DNA of 64,000 nucleotides from an uncultured Colwellia sp. (GTDB taxonomy: Bacteria > Pseudomonadota > Gammaproteobacteria > Enterobacterales > Alteromonadaceae): the NCBI GenBank assembly GCA_964022585.1, contig CAXIBS010000002.1, positions 5,102-69,101 on the forward strand, read 5' to 3'. Made by a program: the position numbers and the translations under genes. This document shows positions 60,869 to 64,000 of this stretch, one piece after another (the first letter of the stretch is position 1; each line of letters opens with the position of its first letter). A model generated the notes under the pieces. That model did no database searches and was not told where the DNA came from. It saw nothing but the letters and a program-made list of their open reading frames with translations.

Positions 60869-61266
60869 AATAGAACTCTTTTAATTTGCGTTAGAACGCA
60901 TGAATAATAAAGCCGTATTATTGTATGAAAACTTTTAGATATTTTTTATAAATATCAACTCAATACGAAAAAACAATTCGATAACTCAGACAATAATTTT
61001 AGCTTAATAATTTTCGTGATGACTGACTGTGAAAGGGAAAGGCAAAACATGGATTACCATAGAAGATAATCAGTTAAATAAACGAGAGGAGTATATAACG
61101 GCGAAACTATATAAGTATAAGACTAGAAAGTAAACAGTTTTTAGTCACTATGGCAAATTAATCCCTCCAACGATGATTAATTAACTAAAAGGGATAAAAT
61201 AATTTGGTCTATTGCCAATATATGAGACAATTCAGTTCGCAATAATTAATTACAACATGGCTCATT

Positions 61267-61503
61267 ATGAAACTTCTAGTTCGCAACCTATCACGCTCAA
61301 CAACAGAACAAGAAATCCGTACCTTGTTCTCAAATCATGGTTCTGTTACAGAATGTGATTTAGTTTTAGATAAAGAAACAGGTAAATCAAAAGGCTTTGC
61401 TTTTGTTGAAATGCCAGATGATAAAGCAGCTGAATCTGCAATTTCTGCTTTACATGAAACAAGAGTTGCAAAAAACAGAATTAGAGTGAAAATAGCGCAG
61501 TAG
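61267..61503 (+). CDS. RRM RNA-binding protein
   Basis: RNP2-like LLVRNL and RNP1 KGFAFVEM. Confidence 0.92.
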   Translation: MKLLVRNLSRSTTEQEIRTLFSNHGSVTECDLVLDKETGKSKGFAFVEMPDDKAAESAISALHETRVAKNRIRVKIAQ

Positions 61504-61520
61504 CTAATACGATATCTAAT

Positions 61521-61552
61521 AAAAAAGCAGCTTCAATTGAAGCTGCTTTTTT
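61521..61552. terminator. Bidirectional Rho-independent terminator
   Basis: AAAAAAGCAGCTTCAATTGAAGCTGCTTTTTT. Confidence 0.88.
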
Positions 61553-61592
61553 GTATTTTATCTAAGTAGAATCTATTTATTAAAATACGGTT

Positions 61593-63491
61593 TTAAACCA
61601 TATCTTCAAATGGGTTTTCTGATGGTAAATCAATAGCATACTTAAATTCAGCAAAACTTAAGCTATTATCATTAATTTCAATAGCTGTCTCATCTAGTAA
61701 CCCTTTACCAAACTTATAAACCACATCAAAATCACCTTGATTTGCGCTTAGGCGATAACGCTCTTGTGCTTCTTCTATAAGCGCTAGCTTTTGCTGATAC
61801 TCATTCATTTCTTGCTCGCCATAACGTTTAGACAACATAGCCAACGTCACTTTAGGAGAAAATACAGACGCAGTGGCATTGTTACCACCAAAGCCTTTAG
61901 AATTAATGAAAGCAACATCCATATCACCACAGTTCCAATGATCTGTAGCAATATTTAAACGATCGTTATGCACATCATCAGCTACTTTATCGATTGTTGT
62001 TACACCAGGCATTATATTGTCATTAAAAACACCTAATGCCATCGCCATTTGATCGCCACTAGCAGGGCCAATTGTATGTCCAACAAATGCCTTTGGTGCT
62101 GCAACTGGCCAATTATTAATATCAAAGCTTGTTGCTATACGATCGTATATTAACGACTCTGTTACACGATTTTGTGGTGTACTTGAACCATGAGCTAAAA
62201 TAAAGCTTCGCTGTTGTAGTGACTCTTTGCCTAATATTTTTTGAGCTAAGGCAACTGATTTTGCCATAGTAATATAATTACCTGGTCCAGGCGCTGTAAT
62301 AGATTTTTTATAACCATCAGCATTAACAAAAACATCAGCAACAGAGCCCATCACTTTTGCGCCCATTTTAATCGCTAATGCATCATCCATTAACACTATA
62401 CACTGAGCACCTTCACCGATAGTAAAACCACAATTTTCACCAAATGGTCTACTAGTACGACGATGATCAGCGGTATCGCTATTATCTAGTTTTTTCAACC
62501 CATCTTCATTAGCTAGTGCACTCATATTGCCGAAGCCTTCAATAACTTCAGGCGTTACTGGCGCATCAGAACTGCCTACAACAGCAACACGAATTCGACC
62601 TGCTTGAATATCTTGTACCGCAGAGCGCAAATTATATAAAAAGGTAGCACAAGCTCCAGAAGAGGTTGATGTAGTACCAACATTGCCAATAACATAAGCA
62701 TTTATAAAATCGGTTGGCATAGTATTTAATCCTAATGCCAATTGCTTTGTGCTAACTCTTGAGCCTAAGAGGCGACTTTTTAGTAAACCACCGAAACCTT
62801 CTTGGTGAACTTGACCAACAACAGATGCAGAGTAAGTACCTACTTGATCAGGGTTGATTTCATTTAAAATTGCATCCCATTCAATTCCTGTTGAGCGTAT
62901 TGCATCGGTAGCAGCAAAAATAGTCGCTTGTAATCCGCGTGGTTGGTGCCGACTATTATAAAGAGCGCCAGGTTCAAAACCCGTTGGCATTTGCCCTGCA
63001 GCCTTAATTGGGTTATCACGGTAGGCATCATGAAAGACGGTTAATTCGTTTGGAATTTCAACACTCACATTACCATCACCTAAATCGTTCACCTGCCACG
63101 ACTGAGGTAATGGACTAGGTAACTCTTTAGCACGTAAAGTAAAGCAAATTGCATCATCTCCCGGCTGAACGTGCATTTTTTGATGCCAATGTGTTGCATC
63201 TGGATCAAAATGATTTTTTTCAATTTTTCTAATCAGTGTGCCATCGAGAATTTGCTGACCAAATTTTGCTTCAATATCAGCAGCTAACAATTCTTCACCT
63301 TTCTGGTCGATTATTTTCCCTTCTTTAAAAGAGATTAACTTCATTAAACTAGCTAAGCCAACAAATGTTTCTTGGCGTGCTTCAGCCGTTATTTTATCAA
63401 TAACAATACGGCGAAACCCTTGATGAAAAGATGTACGGCCAGCAGCATTAATGCCGCCCATACCGATAATTACAGGTAATGATGAAGTCAT
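61593..63491 (-). CDS. fabY: Beta-ketoacyl-ACP synthase, FabY type
   Basis: LPVI.G.GG.NAAGR.SFH N-terminus; ACAT Cys, AHGSSTPQN, GHT, NSKGFGGNNA; about 630 aa. Confidence 0.85.
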   Translation of the reverse strand: MTSSLPVIIGMGGINAAGRTSFHQGFRRIVIDKITAEARQETFVGLASLMKLISFKEGKIIDQKGEELLAADIEAKFGQQILDGTLIRKIEKNHFDPDATHWHQKMHVQPGDDAICFTLRAKELPSPLPQSWQVNDLGDGNVSVEIPNELTVFHDAYRDNPIKAAGQMPTGFEPGALYNSRHQPRGLQATIFAATDAIRSTGIEWDAILNEINPDQVGTYSASVVGQVHQEGFGGLLKSRLLGSRVSTKQLALGLNTMPTDFINAYVIGNVGTTSTSSGACATFLYNLRSAVQDIQAGRIRVAVVGSSDAPVTPEVIEGFGNMSALANEDGLKKLDNSDTADHRRTSRPFGENCGFTIGEGAQCIVLMDDALAIKMGAKVMGSVADVFVNADGYKKSITAPGPGNYITMAKSVALAQKILGKESLQQRSFILAHGSSTPQNRVTESLIYDRIATSFDINNWPVAAPKAFVGHTIGPASGDQMAMALGVFNDNIMPGVTTIDKVADDVHNDRLNIATDHWNCGDMDVAFINSKGFGGNNATASVFSPKVTLAMLSKRYGEQEMNEYQQKLALIEEAQERYRLSANQGDFDVVYKFGKGLLDETAIEINDNSLSFAEFKYAIDLPSENPFEDMV

Positions 63492-63568
63492 GGAAAACCC
63501 TAGTTTAACAAAATGAGGAATAAATCTAATAGTGCTAGTGTAAAACTATGCAATACAAAATAATAAGC

Positions 63569-63600
63569 CATAATGGCCACAAAATATGACATAATGGCCA
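63569..63600. promoter_or_regulatory. Direct repeat with 21-bp period, candidate AraC-family site
   Basis: CATAATGGCCA at 63569-63579 and 63590-63600. Confidence 0.65.
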
Positions 63601-63625
63601 ATATAAATAATTAGTAATACTTTTT

Positions 63626-64000
63626 ATGCCTTTTTCCAAAAAAAATGAATTGCAGTTAAGTTTAGTAATATATGAGCATGTATTAGCAACAGGATTAACT
63701 TTACCCCTTGAGATGATGTTGGCTGGTGAAGCGTTTGCTCGTCGCTATGATAAATCGGCAATGGTATTGAAAACTCAACTAATAAGCCAAGAAACTGACG
63801 TTGTGAGATCGCGTGCAGGATTAACGCTTACTCCAGATATTTCGTTGAGTGAATATTCAATTGAAGATATCGACATTCCAGACATTATCTTAATACCAAG
63901 TTTATGGAGAAACCCTCGGCCTATTCTAAAAAAACATAAAAAATTAATTGCTTGGATTAATTACTGTTGGCAACAAGGAGCAACTTTGTTGGCTGTGGGA
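63626..64000 (+). CDS. GlxA-family (DJ-1/PfpI + AraC) transcriptional regulator, 5' part, truncated
   Basis: Manual translation MPFSKKNELQLSLVIYEHVLATGLTLPLEM...SRAGLTLTPD...DIILIPSLWRNPRP...GATLLAVG; the HTH is beyond the window. Confidence 0.75.
   Translation, partial: MPFSKKNELQLSLVIYEHVLATGLTLPLEMMLAGEAFARRYDKSAMVLKTQLISQETDVVRSRAGLTLTPDISLSEYSIEDIDIPDIILIPSLWRNPRPILKKHKKLIAWINYCWQQGATLLAVG

Noticed and set aside
61020-61200. GGCAAA/GAAA segments suggesting a c-di-GMP-I riboswitch
   Set aside because: No GACGCAAA junction or supporting P1/P2/P3 pairing was found.

Overview
AT-rich marine gammaproteobacterial chromosome segment. Gene content and order resemble Colwelliaceae (Colwellia/Thalassotalea), which is an inference. 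It is mostly core genome: motX (partial), an HD-GYP protein, erpA, ClC, hemJ, a secreted protease, pyrB, hemL, a complete molybdenum-cofactor/molybdate cluster (moeA, moaA-mobA-moaBCDE-modABC-moeB) led by a Moco RNA motif and an FNR site, a PAS-GGDEF-EAL protein, regBA, msrA, a MetJ-boxed MTHFR-like gene, nadC-ampDE, pdhR-aceEF-lpdA, pepN, two divergent AcnB-family aconitases, trhO, topB, fabY and a partial GlxA-type regulator. No tRNA, rRNA, CRISPR array, integrase or transposase was seen. The most unusual items are: (1) an orphan HNH-nuclease gene that looks like an integron cassette fragment, with both attC-like ends cut off at short inverted motifs (46261-47260); (2) a MarR-linked fused-E1/E2 2-oxoacid dehydrogenase inserted between ampE and pdhR with no E3 of its own; (3) a head-to-head pair of very divergent AcnB enzymes; (4) a trypsin-family protease with a PA domain inserted into its catalytic domain. 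All calls come from reading motifs by eye; no searches were run.
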